IMG/VR virus record: IMGVR_UViG_2778261564_000010
Strand: one strand, 5' to 3'
Source: a virus
Lineage: Duplodnaviria; Heunggongvirae; Uroviricota; Caudoviricetes
DNA length: 4,241 nucleotides
The translations under genes and the position numbers were made by a program. Below, in pieces: positions 4,165 to 4,241 of the stretch (the stretch's first letter is position 1; the number at the start of each line of letters is the position of its first letter). The notes under the pieces were generated by a model, which saw only the letters and a program-made list of their open reading frames with translations, was not told the origin of the DNA and made no database searches.

Positions 4165-4241
4165 TGAACCGCCCCGGGAATCCTGGAGACTAAACTCCCT
4201 GAGAAAGAGGTAAACAGGATGACTAAAAATACACGTTTTTC
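4165..4241 (+). mobile_element. IS3-family insertion sequence, left end (IS629/IS1203-like), continues beyond window
   Basis: TGAACCGCCCCGGGAATCCTGGAGACTAAACTCCCTGAGAAAGAGGTAAACAGG followed by ATGACTAAAAATACACGTTTTTC matches my memory of the IS629/IS1203 left terminal repeat and orfA start. Unverified recall. Confidence 0.7.
4219..4241 (+). CDS. IS3-family transposase OrfA, first 7 codons only
   Basis: ATG at 4219 preceded by GAGG; translation MTKNTRF... Partial at the window edge. Confidence 0.65.

Overview
Almost everything credible in this 4,241-bp window is encoded on the minus strand, and the layout looks like the accessory region of a lambdoid-type enterobacterial prophage. Reading in the direction of transcription (high to low coordinates): (i) at 4165-4241 the left end of an IS3-family insertion sequence (IS629/IS1203-like terminal repeat, orfA start MTKNTRF) cuts the locus; (ii) at 2300-4164 lies an AT-rich mosaic of small genes built from two reusable non-coding parts, a roughly 60-bp AT-rich promoter/operator-like element (P, two copies plus context) and a 23-nt perfectly repeated GGAGG-hairpin element (H, two copies) placed 6-7 nt upstream of start codons. 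These frame three small acidic proteins and a tightly coupled four-gene operon (single-pass membrane protein, 87-aa protein, 47-aa protein, 118-aa zinc-ribbon/basic-helix protein). I cannot assign any of these to a known family from sequence alone, and this is the best candidate for an undescribed accessory or anti-defence module; (iii) at 2006-2293 a decayed reading frame with two in-frame stops; (iv) at 1600-2000 a very AT-rich stretch with one possible small two-helix membrane ORF; (v) at 1141-1601 a complete hok/mok/sok type I toxin-antitoxin locus (Hok identical, from memory, to HokD/RelF), including sok promoter, leader ORF, 5'/3' long-range complementarity and terminator; (vi) at 1-1074 a 90-aa ORF and a long DUF968/YdfU-like ORF that runs off the window start. 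The plus-strand ORFs in the track are antisense shadows. All family names are from memory, and no database search or computation was possible.
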